Source: Folioceros fuciformis
Taxonomy: Eukaryota
Reading direction: 5' to 3'
DNA: 51,576 nt
Assembly: GCA_049999805.1 (NCBI GenBank)
Contig: JBNGIO010006320.1
Span: forward strand, 313,593-365,168
Shown here: positions 21,218 through 32,839 of the stretch, piece after piece
Numbering within the stretch: the stretch's first letter is position 1
How the letters are laid out: every line of letters begins with the position of its first letter
Position numbers and translations under genes: made by a program
The notes under the pieces: generated by a model
Seen by the model: the letters and a program-made list of their open reading frames with translations, nothing else
Told to the model about the DNA's origin: nothing
The model's database searches: none

Positions 21218-23018
21218 GTCATGACATCTGCAGAGCAAGTGAAGGCATCTGCGAAGGATAGTCAGGATGCAGCGACATGGAAATTCATCCAGCCGATTCT
21301 GAAGACCGTACTATGTGGCTGGCTGGGGTGGTTCTGTGCATTCTGTGATTGTTCTTAGCCCGTTAGCTCACTCTGGGCTCCAGCAAGCCATCACTACGTC
21401 ACTGATCAATATGTCCGTGCTAGATCAATCCTTTATCGTAATTACTGTACTGGGAGCTGGATGTGCACGTTTTGCTTGGATGCACTGGTTAGGACATCGG
21501 TCAGCCCTGTGTAGCAAGTCACTCACTCTTGGAGTCAGGTACACTATTGAAGAAGCGGTGCACATAATTCAACCCTACGTACGTGTACAATGTCCTCTGC
21601 CAAGACTGTGTGCTCTGACGATAGACCTAAATGCCCCCTAAAAAAGGGTACCTTCCAAACCCTAAGGCTCCGGACTCTCGAGGCCAGCTGAACTGAGGCC
21701 TCTGACATACTGAAGTTCGTCATTCAACGTCCCCGGCTCCGGTCCTAGCGGAATCCAGACTACAGTACAGGTAACTACAGTACTATGTTCCCAACAAAGG
21801 GCCGTCCAAGGAGTCGTGGAAGCTGAAGCATGCGGCAAGGGAGCTCACTTTAGCAAGCTCATCTTCCAGCGATGAGGTAGCCGCTGGATTCTGAACGGCC
21901 AGCTCAATTGACGCATCTGAGATATTGATGCTCATTGTTCATCGTCCTCGGCTCCGATCCTTGTGGATCTAGGGAAGAATCCATACTATTCCGAACGAAC
22001 TGGCCGCTCAAGGAGTTTTGGAAGCTACGCGTGAGGCAAGGGAGCTCACTTTAGCAAGCTCATCTTCCAGCGATGACACAGGCAGTGAGTGGAGCGAACT
22101 GCGATCGGCTGTGCAGGTCCTGAGCGTGCTGAGTGACAGCCAATGAGGACGGCGGGTTCCGGGCCCCTGCCGCTACCGCCACTTGGGGTGGAGCGACCAC
22201 GCCTTGTGGCGCTCAGGGTTCCAATCACATGGCGCCAGCAGATGGACCTGGCCTCCTCGGTAGCAGACTGGGACGCATTCGCCACACGCAACCGGTCTGC
22301 CTTTCCGCGTCGCCGACGAGGCGCCACCTCATGCTCCACGCGGGACAGCGGACTCGTACAAGTGGTGAGCTGAATACGGCGCCGCGAGGCTTCTGAATGT
22401 CTGCCTGCTCGGTGCCACCGCGCAGGAGAGACAAACCAGGTGACCCTCCTCCAAGTTGTCCGCGTAATATGGATTGTTCAGACCTGGACTTCTAAACAAT
22501 ACTATAAACCTTACAAATCATGAGATGAGTGCCATATGGATTGTAGCCTTTGTCATTCACGAAATAAAGCAGTTATCAGCCTTCGCATGTACACATTTCA
22601 GTGCGACCCGTGGTGACGAGGCCCGCGGGTACCACACGGAGAAATGGCGAAAGAAATCGTGCGGGAAACCACGCGGAACGCTCGCGCGGTGACGTGGTGA
22701 GGATGCACACTTGTCGCAGCTGCGGAGAGGAAAACGGAGCTCGGCTCGCTCTTCCTTCACCAAATTCGCGGTCCCCATCCGCATCCTGCTTCTCTCCGAG
22801 AGATTCTACCTGCGACGTCGCTTCCAGGTCCTGTGCAGCTGTAAGCATAAGCGTCCCACTGCCACCTGTTCTTATCTCTGCTCCGGGTTGTTCAATTCTG
22901 GCTCATCCGTCCACTGCGCGGCGGAGGGAGAGCTGAGGAGGGACAGCGGTTGTCACTTTTCTTGTCTTCGCAGCACCGTGGGCAAGCACTGAGGTCGTGA
23001 GATCGGAGTAAGTGCAGC

Positions 23019-25091
23019 ATGATTCCCTACAACAGTGCAGAGAATGGGGTGAAGGTGGGGTACAGCGTGGAGGATGGGAGGGATCCGGCGGACCTGGATT
23101 CGCGCCTGCCGGTGGTTCAGGACGCCGACCTTCAGGACAAGGTTGTGCTCCTCCGGGTGGACCACAATGTTGTGAAGAAAGGTGTAGAGAAGTTGTAAGC
23201 ACCTTTGAATGCCCTTCGCGGACGAAATCTGCGGCAGCTTACCTTTGGTGCTTGTCCTGGCAGGGAAGATTCAAGACCAGTACAGAATCGATGTGACTCT
23301 TGCAACTTTATACAACATTGTGGAGAGAGGTGGCCGCCCTATTCTCATGACTCACATCGGGCGCCCCTTTGATAAGAAGACCAAGAAGATTAGCATCCGG
23401 AAAGACGATTCCGTGGAAGCTGTTGTCTCCTACCTGCAGCGGAAGCTCAAGATCAAGTTTGCGCTGCCTCAATTCCACACAAATGGAGTTGATGAAGGGA
23501 TCCAGGATATTGATACTTCCATCAACTGGCTGATTCATGATCTCCGGGCACGGAAAATTGGTGGAATCTACCTTCCCAACACCAGGTGGTTTGGGGTACG
23601 TTTGCAGCGAAGATTCACAGTCATGTGGCCGGGTTTGTCTGCAGGAAAAGTTTACACTGACTTGAGCTGTGCACTACAGGGAGAGGAAGATAAAGGCGAA
23701 ACGATGCAACGGTTTGTTGTGCAACTAGCGGGATTGGCTGATGTATATGTCAATGACGCCTTTGGATCTTGGCAATCACACGCTTCAACTTATCACATCA
23801 CCAAGTTCTTGCCGTCATACGCAGGACTGTGTTTACAGGTCAGTCCCGCCGTAGGGAAATTTCCATCCACGTGGACTGCAGTAGACTTCCTTTTCTTGCC
23901 TGAACAGTAGTAGACTGTAGAAATGGAGCATTGAAAAAACAGCTGACTTCCCACTCTCGAATGCTGAGCTAGAACTGCGGTGTGAATGTGCAGGATGAGC
24001 TTATCAATGTCAAGTCTGTCTTAAATGCCGCAAGGCCCTTCGTTGCAGTTGTAGCAGGCTCCAAGTATGATACCAAGATCGGACCTCTTGCAGAGATATA
24101 CAAGAAGGTTGACAAACTGGTGTTGGGTGGAGTCATCTACAACACCTTTCTGTGTGCCAAATATGGTGTGAAGATAAAGGGAGTAGAGGTAACAGGCGGA
24201 CTGGTTACTTGAGTGCTTTGTCCTGCCAACAGGATGTTTGGATGTGGGTGGTTTACAGACTCGCCCGATTGCTGTGAACGTAGGATTCTGATATTGAGCT
24301 AGCAAAGGGGCTGGTTGAACAAGATAAGGAGGCTAAAAAGCTGGTTGAACTTCCGTTTGTCATAGAATCAGATACCCTAGAAGGTCGTGTGGAGGGGAAG
24401 TATCGCACAATCAGCGTAAAGGTAAGTCGATTGTTTTCTTGAATAGGCGTCCATGCTCCTACCTGGTTTTATGCCTGAAAATGGATCTGTCAGGATTTTG
24501 CACGAGGAAAGGAGTATCAGTACGTGGTGGATGCGGCGCCTGAATCCTTTGACAACGAGACTGTAAAGGAAGCCTTGCTTTCAGCCAAAACAATCTTTGT
24601 CAATGCCGTCATGGGATTTATGCCTCACTTTTGGGAGGGGACTAGCAAGATGGATGAAGCTATTGACCGGAATCGAACGGCTCAAAAGTTTTTAGGGGGA
24701 GGAGATACTCTTCAGGAATTTAAAAGGTATGTATTATGTATTTAAAAGGTATGTATTAAGGCTTTGTTTCTCAAGTCAAGGCTTTGTTTCTCAAGTCGTA
24801 TCCGCCCGCGCTTATCTCGTTTACGTAATGACTGTCAAGTGTGCACCGTTTTGACTCATGTCCTTTGTTGAAAACGCCTTCTCTCTTCGCAGTTTGCATC
24901 CAGGGTTGTATCATGCGGCTCTTAACAGTGCCAAATACTATCTGTTCACGGGAGGGGGAACAGTCCTCAAGGTGTTGGAGGAGGGAGATCCGTACGGGCT
25001 CGAGATTGTTAAGGCTCTCATTCAAAACAAAGAGACATTCGCTCAGAAGGTAGAGGCTCGTCACGGACAGCTGCATCACAATGGCCATTAA
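23019..25091 (+). CDS. Phosphoglycerate kinase family protein, non-canonical type (multi-exon)
   Basis: Spliced motifs LRVDHNV, YRID, MTHIGRP, LPNTRWF, YVNDAFGS, RPFVAVVAGSKYDTKI, IFVNAVMG, GGGDT, FTGGG line up with the PGK fold. ATG at 23019. No obvious transit peptide unless an upstream exon exists. Confidence 0.88.
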
Positions 25092-25563
25092 CAAATTAAA
25101 TCTGAATCACCGCGTCAGTTCGGAGTCCTTACGGCAAGCGTTCTACTGCTATCTTCACCGTCGTGAGAATCATCTTTGCAGAACCTCATAGCTTGAAGGT
25201 TTAGAGACGGAAAACATCAATAAATAGACTTCAGAGAGAAGCGGATTGATTAAACCGATGAACAGGTTGGTCCATGTAGGAGGAAGTAGTGAAGTGTAAC
25301 TATGTAAACGAAAATTCCAGGTGAAGTCATGATTCAGAAGACTTGTAATGGATAGAAAGTAGTACCTGACAACATCCTAGCACTGATTATGTCCAGTGGA
25401 AATGTCTGGATTATACAATCTGATTATGTCCATTACAGCTGAACTATTAATTACGTGAAAGAAATGAAAAAGAAACGAAAAATCTCGTCGGACCTACTTG
25501 TGCGATGACGGTGATGTGTTATGCCCACTGCGGCGAACAGTGAAGACATGCGACTAGCGTTTC

Positions 25564-26486
25564 TCACAAATGGCCATCTGAACTGGTCCTAGAATTTCGC
25601 ACGATTTTCAAGATAGTAACGGTGGTAGGAATTGCAATGGAAAGAACAGCGAGAAATATTCCAAATTGCCGGACAGAACCTCCATCCTGCACACTCGTGT
25701 GATCTCTCGAGACATTTATTGCGCGGTTCTGTAACGCAGGAGGAGCAGTCAGAGGGTAGCTCAGGAGTAACACCGAGTCTTCAACCCACTTCGCTTCAAT
25801 CCGTGAAGGCGTTGGCTCCGTCTCTGGCTCCACCTGTGGCTCTCCCTCTAGCTCTAGTTGTCTCAACAACCTTTGCTGCTCAGGCTCTCGTGCTGGCGCT
25901 GACTTCCGCCTCCTCACCCTTAAGATTGTCGTCTCATCATCCGCGTCGAACAGCTGTCCAAACCGTCTCGCGCGCACATCGGGTGGTTGTGCCATTTCCA
26001 AATATGCTACATCAGGAAAGAAGTCTGCGCTCGCCATCTTGTCAAAGAACTGTGGTGATACCTGGAACTCTTCAGAATTGCAAGGAAGGGAAGAAGCAGT
26101 ATCTGCAGTGTCAGTACATTAGGAGTAGCAAGTTTTGCGTGACACGAAAACTGTCTCAAATGATTCCAACCTCTCAGGAGGGCGGAGATCCTCTTGGCAG
26201 CCATTCTGCCAATTCTGGGATCGTTAAGCTCGAGGACGTCCACCTCCGCCACGGGCACACCGGCTGCGCGGTACACCCACAGTTGCCGATTATTCAGGCA
26301 CCACAGAATTCCCCTATAATCGATCACTGCCATGCAGCCTAAATGCAGGGTTTGAAGTCCGCCACGTCGTAGCTCCAAAACTATGTTGTCAATTGTTTCG
26401 CCGGTCGGGATTTGGCCAGGAATCATTTGCAGCGTGAATCGCAGCTGATCAGGATTAATATGCATCTTTCTGCCACCACCTTCCAT
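25564..26486 (-). CDS. Family X copy 3: ParB/Srx-like N-domain + acidic linker + tail anchor (273 aa)
   Basis: Exon 1 26171..26486 (316 bp), intron 26070..26170, exon 2 25564..26069. The splice gives ALLR|EFQVSPQFFDKMASADFF..., ending FGIFLAVLSIAIPTTVTILKIVRNSRTSSDGHL*. Confidence 0.8.
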
Positions 26487-29069
26487 GGTTCGCTGTCTGC
26501 AAATGATTCAAAATACACGGAGTAAGATAGGGTTATTTGACAGTTCAAGACGACTTGAAGCTAGCGTCAAACCAGTTTGTAGTAGTACACACCTTTGGGG
26601 AAGAACGTCACAGTAAATTATACCTTTCCCAACTGGATGACATGCAGCGGATAAGTGTGCTACCGAGTGACCTTGTGAGTGATGTAGACACTGACAACTT
26701 CCTTTGCCGGCACGGCCGTGTCTCCAGGTAATGCTAGATCTGGAAGTCTGAGCAAAGCTCCTACACTTTCAAGATCACGAACATTGATCATCAACCTGCG
26801 CACTCTCCTATCACTGTACTCGGAACGTATCCCAACGGATCAGTTAACGTCCCGGATTCTGAATTGAAGACACATTTGCGCAGTTCCTGGAGCGTTGCAA
26901 GATACCTTTCCTAACTGGATGGCATGCAGCAGATAGCAAGTGTGTTACGAGGTGACCTTGTGTATGATTTAGGCACTGACTTCTTTGCAGGCATGACAGT
27001 GTCTCCAGGGTAATTCTCGATCTAGAAGAGTAAGCACTTGCAATTCCAGGAATAGTAATCGCCAGCCTCCAGGCCATTCTATGTCTGCAGGTTAAAAACA
27101 TTGATCCAAGGGGATGAGCTCCGGCTTCTTAAGCGACATGTGAACCGACCAGCTCCGGCTTCCCCACAGGCATTTGAGCGTACCGGTAGGTGAGAATTTG
27201 AAACGCTTGCCCTTCAGCAGCTGGTGACAAGATCCATCACCTCCGTCTTCTCCACGATCATTTTTAAACCCCAAGGCATGCGTTGGACTGCAGCATAAAC
27301 TTATGAATGCATGCTGCAGAAGGAAAGCGAACACGTTGTAGATGCAGCGGTGTTTGAGTGTGTAGGTTGGAGACGTGCTGAAGTGGTGGAGTGGGCAACG
27401 CGGCCACCCCACACCCACCGCGAGTGATCACAGTAGTGGACTTCACATTCCTTCTCCACGGGCAGAAAGGCTTAGCGATTCGTTTTGTGGAGCTTGTATT
27501 TGAAATCGTTTATATTTGCTTGGCAACAGTACATAAGAATGGTACAAAGGCAGAAAATATAGGAATGTACTGTTCAAAAAATATGTAAATAATATATTCT
27601 ATTAAAAGAGAAGAATCCATTAGAGTCCACTAAGGATGGATTTCTATCATGGAACTTGGAACTTAATAACTTTATTATAATAACTTAGTTCCTAACAATT
27701 TATACTATATTGTAGGATATCTTGTACTACAATGACTTGGTGCTTAATAACTTGTATTAGATTGTAGATACCTAGCATCCTTCCTTATACCTACCTACTT
27801 GCGCAGCTTCCCCTTAGACACCTCATCTAAGTACTAATTTTGCGTGCACTATGTTTAATTCTAGTATGTAAAACATAGTAGTATTAAATATACGAATCAT
27901 GTTGCCTATGGCCACGTAATTGCATCCGGGATCAAATTCCAATGCTAGTCTATAATACTCATGAGTTGAGATTTGTGGTTAGGATGTAGCTCACTTTGTA
28001 CAAAATAATTATTGTTCCTAATACAATGAAATGCTGGCTCTATTGAGTTACTCACTGTAGGCAAAGCTCCCTACCACTAAACCTATGCAATAGACATGAT
28101 ACTAAAGCTTTTACCATCCTAACCTTATTAAAAAACCTATTCAATAGACAAATGCGATACAATAACAAGCACACACATCCACAAACTTCAAGTTCATAAC
28201 TTGAATGCATGAAAATGATGGGACCATATATCACTTGGGTAAAAGGAGAATGAGAATAGCTAAAAGGGGAATGAGAATGACTCAATCAAGTTAGCTAGGA
28301 CCTAGTGAAACAATTTAGAGAAAATATGAGATCATAGAATACTTAGATGAAAAGAGTATAACTCAATCAAACCAACCATAACTCATTTCATAAAAGATGG
28401 ATCGTGTACTAGACACCTCCAGCTCTTCTACAAATCATAGTCAATCAAGTTGTTCTTGATCCCAAAAACCCAAAACCTTTTCACTTGTCTCCCATTTCAA
28501 ACTTCTATCCTACCCTATGAAACCTTAACAAACCTTAAGGTGGGGATGTTTGTGATCCTAGAAACTAAAACCTTTTACTTGTTTCAAACTTCTATCCTAC
28601 CCTACCAAACCTTACTATGGGAATGTTCAAGATCCCCTAAAACCAAAACCTTCAACTCGTCTTACATGTCTACCTTACCCTAGCAAATCTTAACATGGTG
28701 CTAGCAATTCAAACACAACTAGAGTTTTTCCCTTCGTCCTAATCTAAGTTGGGTTTTCCCTTCGTCCTAATCTAAGTTGGGTCCTCATAGGGTCTCAACA
28801 CAAGCCCAACCTACTTAAATCTCTCCTACTACAACAAAAAATTCAAAAAACACAACCCTACTAGATGAATGATAAGTTCAACACCAAAACCGATAATGAG
28901 AACCTCTACTAGTGGGCTGGAGGTTGAGTAGTCATGTTGACGCCGATGGTCTAGAATTCTGTGGTTCTGTGGTTGTTGTTCTGCATTCAGTTTCTTTATA
29001 TGAGAGGATGATATAAGCACAACTTCAAGTTTGCAGAAAGTGGTGATGCTTGGAAAAGCAAAGACACAT

Positions 29070-30835
29070 ACTAGGGTGGAAGATGCTTGCCTTTCTTGGT
29101 TCATATGTGCTATAGTTCTCTCCAGCCTCTCTATCTGTGACATCAGCATAACCACGGGATGGTCATTCATACTGAAGTCGAGTTGAAAACGACACTGAAA
29201 CCGAGGCCAAATAGCATCTTCTCAAAAGCCAGCCGGCCTGATAATTATTTTGCCCTAGTTCAGAAGGAAGGCCTACTATTCCAGGATACCTTTTCCGAGA
29301 ATTCTCCCAAATACTCCAAAGCGAATCCGTGTTGCCTGCGGAGTGCATCAAAATCAGCCTTGAGTTTATCACGCTCCGAACGTAACGTAGATTGTGAAGC
29401 TGCCTCCAATCGGTAATGTTCACACTGAAACGCAGCAATTGGTCAGGCTAAGCCTCATCTAGTGCACTAGCAACCTCGTATCATTTCACATTTTCTACAA
29501 TTTGGAACGACCCCCTACCATTGTATTGAGCTTAGCCAGCTCTTCCGTCATTGCTTCCAGATTTGTTTTTGAAAAATTCTGGACCAAAAATTGAACAAAA
29601 GAAAGGTCATACCATGCGACTCATGAAGTATGAAGCGACAAAGAAACGATCTGAAGAAACGCAAGAACAAGTCTTCATGCAAGGACTTCTGGCAACAATT
29701 TGGCTGTTGTTCTACATACCTGCTCCTCCTCATGGTCAGGCTTTGTCTCACTGCTGGCTGGCTCTCGGGTTGAACTAAGCTCGAGTTTCCTTTCTAGCTC
29801 TACGATCTCGTTTGAACTACTGTCGAGTCTCCTATACAAGTCAAGGATTTCTTCTTCTTGCTGCTTGTTTGCTTGTATCTGATCAAATAAGAGTTGTCTT
29901 TCACTGTCTACTGCTAGTAAAAAATCAGCTCGTTCTTCTCTTAAGAGAAAAACCTGCAAAACCAAGAATTGAACGTTGGACGTTCTGCAAAACCGAGAAT
30001 TGAAAATTGGACGTTCTGTTCATGCATCAAAGAGAAGCCTTAGGGGAGATGAAACTTGAGATGCACGACGTGGCATCTTTCAATCCCAACCTCTTCCACC
30101 ATCGCATCCAGCGTAGCGCTTCGGTCCTCGGCTGCCCTAGCCCTCGCCTCAGCTGCCCGTGCCCATGCCTCAGCTGCCGTTGCCCTTGCCTCAGCTGCCA
30201 CTGCCCATGCCTCAGCTGACGCTGCCTTCACCTCAGCTGCCGTTGCCCTTGCCTCAGTTGTCGCTAGGCTTGCTGCTGCCCCTGCGTCAGCCGCCGCAAA
30301 CCTGGCTCCTGCCACCTGAAGCCTGTTTCCTGCCACCTGTATGCCAAATCATAGAATCAGAGATAAGGGGGCAGCTCCACAAGGTGATCAATCTGATGAG
30401 CGAACGATTGAACATGAGGCCGTGTAACTATTGTGCGAGGGCAACCTGAAGCTGATCTTCAATTGACCCCTGGATATCGTCATCGAGTGGAACTGTGAAT
30501 ATCTCATTTTCTTCAAACACGGGTGGCTCATCGTTTGCAGGCAAGGATGTCTCATCCTCCAAGGAAGTTGCATCCTGCAGGTTACAAAAGCCGAGGGGCA
30601 GGGAATTAGTGAGCTCAGACACACGATTTCATGGTGCTGTTTTGCAGCCTGATGAATCCCAGCATCGGACAAGAAGCAAGACCGTCTTATAGCGCTTATT
30701 TCTCCCTAGCCAACGCCATCTAGACAAACATGTGGTGAGATGTGAAGATTCAGGAATCGGCACCGTCGGGATTGCGTCCAGAACTATCCATTCGGAGTCG
30801 GAATGAGAATCAGATTCATCAGTGGTCGGAAACAT
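29070..30835 (-). CDS. Family Y copy 2: GC5/TMF-derived coiled-coil protein with acidic N-terminus; 3' end uncertain
   Basis: Phase-0 exons: MFPTTDESDSHSDSEWIVLDAIPT / AAKQHHEI / DATSLEDE...EDQLQ / VAGNRL...(AAEARAT)n...ERCH / VFLLREERAD...EEEQ / NFSKTNLEAMTEELAKLNTM (29519..29578) / CEHYRLEAAS...FDALRRQHGFALEYLGEFSEK (29290..29424) / IERLER... Confidence 0.6.
30135..30300 (-). repeat. 21-bp coding tandem repeat (heptads AAEARAT/AAEAWAV)
   Basis: Repeated GCCTCAGCTGCC..TGCCC.T units. Shorter arrays occur in Y copies 1 (~11235-11345) and 3 (~33765-33835). Confidence 0.85.
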
Positions 30836-32002
30836 CGTGCTTGTCTCCTCCCACGGAAATTCAAACTCTTCGATTGCTGAATTTCTGCAAAATTGCAAGA
30901 ATTATGAGAACTTCCCGCTAAAATTCGAACTCCCACCTCCAGCTAGGGTACGTAGGTCGTCCGGCAGACCCACAGCTACCGGTTATTCAGACACCACATC
31001 AGTCGCCTATACTCTCTATATCTACAACTGTGATGCAGGAGAGAAAGCGATCTGGAATTCAATCGGACACGGGTACCTCATCTGCTGCGAAGGAATAGGT
31101 GAAGCACCGCTGGGGCGGGAGATTCTGCGTTGAAAGTAATCCTCGTGCAATATGAATGGCAAATCTCCTCCCTCCATCCGAAAACGACTGCCAACCTCCT
31201 CCACGACGAGAAAACACACGCTGTTCCTGAAAGATCAACGGAAGACACAATTTGCTGGCTCACGAATTCCTGACAGAAAGAAGCCAGGCATATAGAGTAA
31301 AGGCACAGTCCTTGCTCGGACGACGAAGTATATATAGGTGTATACCGAGCTGCCAAATTACAAGTTAGATATTGCAGTTGATGGTTCCTGTTAGACCGGT
31401 GCTTTTGGAATGTTCCAGTTGCGTGTCCCACAATGTTCCAGTCCCGTGTCACAAAATTTCAGCAAAACGAGAACGCAAAGACTGGAAGAAAATCGTGTTG
31501 CCTTACTGAATTACAGGAAAGTCGTGCTGAATTGAGCAGCTTGCAGACAGATCCATCGCCTTCTGGCTCGGGTAGCCTGCACGCCAGCCATTCGGAGAAC
31601 TGCCGAATGAATGCCAAATTTAGGGCTGCATCTGTAGGGGGCATACTTGATGGTAACTACGGATTGGGCATGAATGGCATCCATTCCCCTTGGGCCATTC
31701 AAGGGAACAAGCTTTCGTCCACCGGGGAGACATGCCGCCGTAGCGCGATCCGAGACCACTACCGATGAGAGAGGAACCGAGCCCGAAATTTGGATGGGCA
31801 GGTGGCCTCAGCCACCCACAGGAGAATTGTCACCCTCTGGGAATCCATCCGGGAGCTCAAGAGCTAGCTCCTAGTCGGAGTGCAGTCCGTCTCGAAACTC
31901 GTGTCCCCTCGTCCGTTACTAAAATAAGGGTTCTTAACGCGAACGTCCACAGAACTGCTCACGCCAACCTCCACAGAGGAGGGGTGAGCTTTAAAAAAAA
32001 AT

Positions 32003-32150
32003 AGTGTAAGACTCCATGGTTCTAAAAATTGCGTCAGACGGCTCCATGGCTCTATAAATTGTTTAAGACTGTGTAAGACAGCACCATGGATCTAAGAATC
32101 GTGTAAGACAGCTCCATGGCTCTAAAAATCGTGTACGACAGCTCCATTTT
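32003..32150. repeat. Degenerate ~30-bp tandem repeat
   Basis: 4-5 units of GTGTAAGACAGCTCCATGGCTCTAAAAATC with variants. Confidence 0.75.
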
Positions 32151-32317
32151 GTGATCAATTCCATGTACTAACCCCAACGATCGCTGGTCTCCCCAGCGTT
32201 CGACACCGGCTTGGTTTCCAACAACCCCTTAATACAATCGCTACTCAAAGGTCGGATCCCTTGATAAAGGTCGGATTCCGTGTCTCCAAGGGAGGATGGT
32301 GTACCTGTAAGGGCTCA

Positions 32318-32690
32318 GGGCTCGTGGAGAAGCTCCGAAGGCCGTAACTCCAAGGGCTCGTAACAGAACCCCCGGAGCTCGCGCCAGCGCCCGCAGGGAC
32401 ACACCTAGGGCTCGCGCCTGAACCTTCCGGGCTCTCGCCAGCAACCGCAGGGCCACCGCTAGGGCTCGCGCCAGAACCCTCCGGGATCGCGCCAGCACTC
32501 GCACAGCCACTGCCAGGGCTCTCGTCAGAACCCCACGGGCTCGCGCCAGAACCCCACGGGCTCGCGCCAGAATCCCACGGGCTCGCGCCAGAACCCCACG
32601 GGCTCGCGCCAGAACCCCACGGGATCGCGCCAGAACCCCACGGTCTAGTGCCAGAACCCCACGGGCTCTCGCCAGAACTCCAAGGGCTCG
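32318..32690. repeat. GC-rich 21-bp minisatellite
   Basis: Unit GGGCTCGCGCCAGAACCCCAC, near-perfect at ~32515-32690 and degenerate to the left. It translates as SPWGSGA repeats on the minus strand. Confidence 0.9.
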
Positions 32691-32839
32691 CTGCAGCAGT
32701 CCAACGGAATGAATTGACAGGATCCCAAGTATACCTGAAAGCGAAATAATTCAAAAGGTTCGTACTGGAACAGAGAGTGCATGATCTGAGATGGAGTTGC
32801 TCCAGCGCCATGGGGTTCACATTCTGACACGGAATCACA

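Noticed and set aside
21835-22076. 41-bp exact duplication (GCAAGGGAGCTCACTTTAGCAAGCTCATCTTCCAGCGATGA) between the P450 and PGK genes
   Set aside because: Part of a small local duplication with no terminal repeats, TSD or coding signal; no function can be supported.
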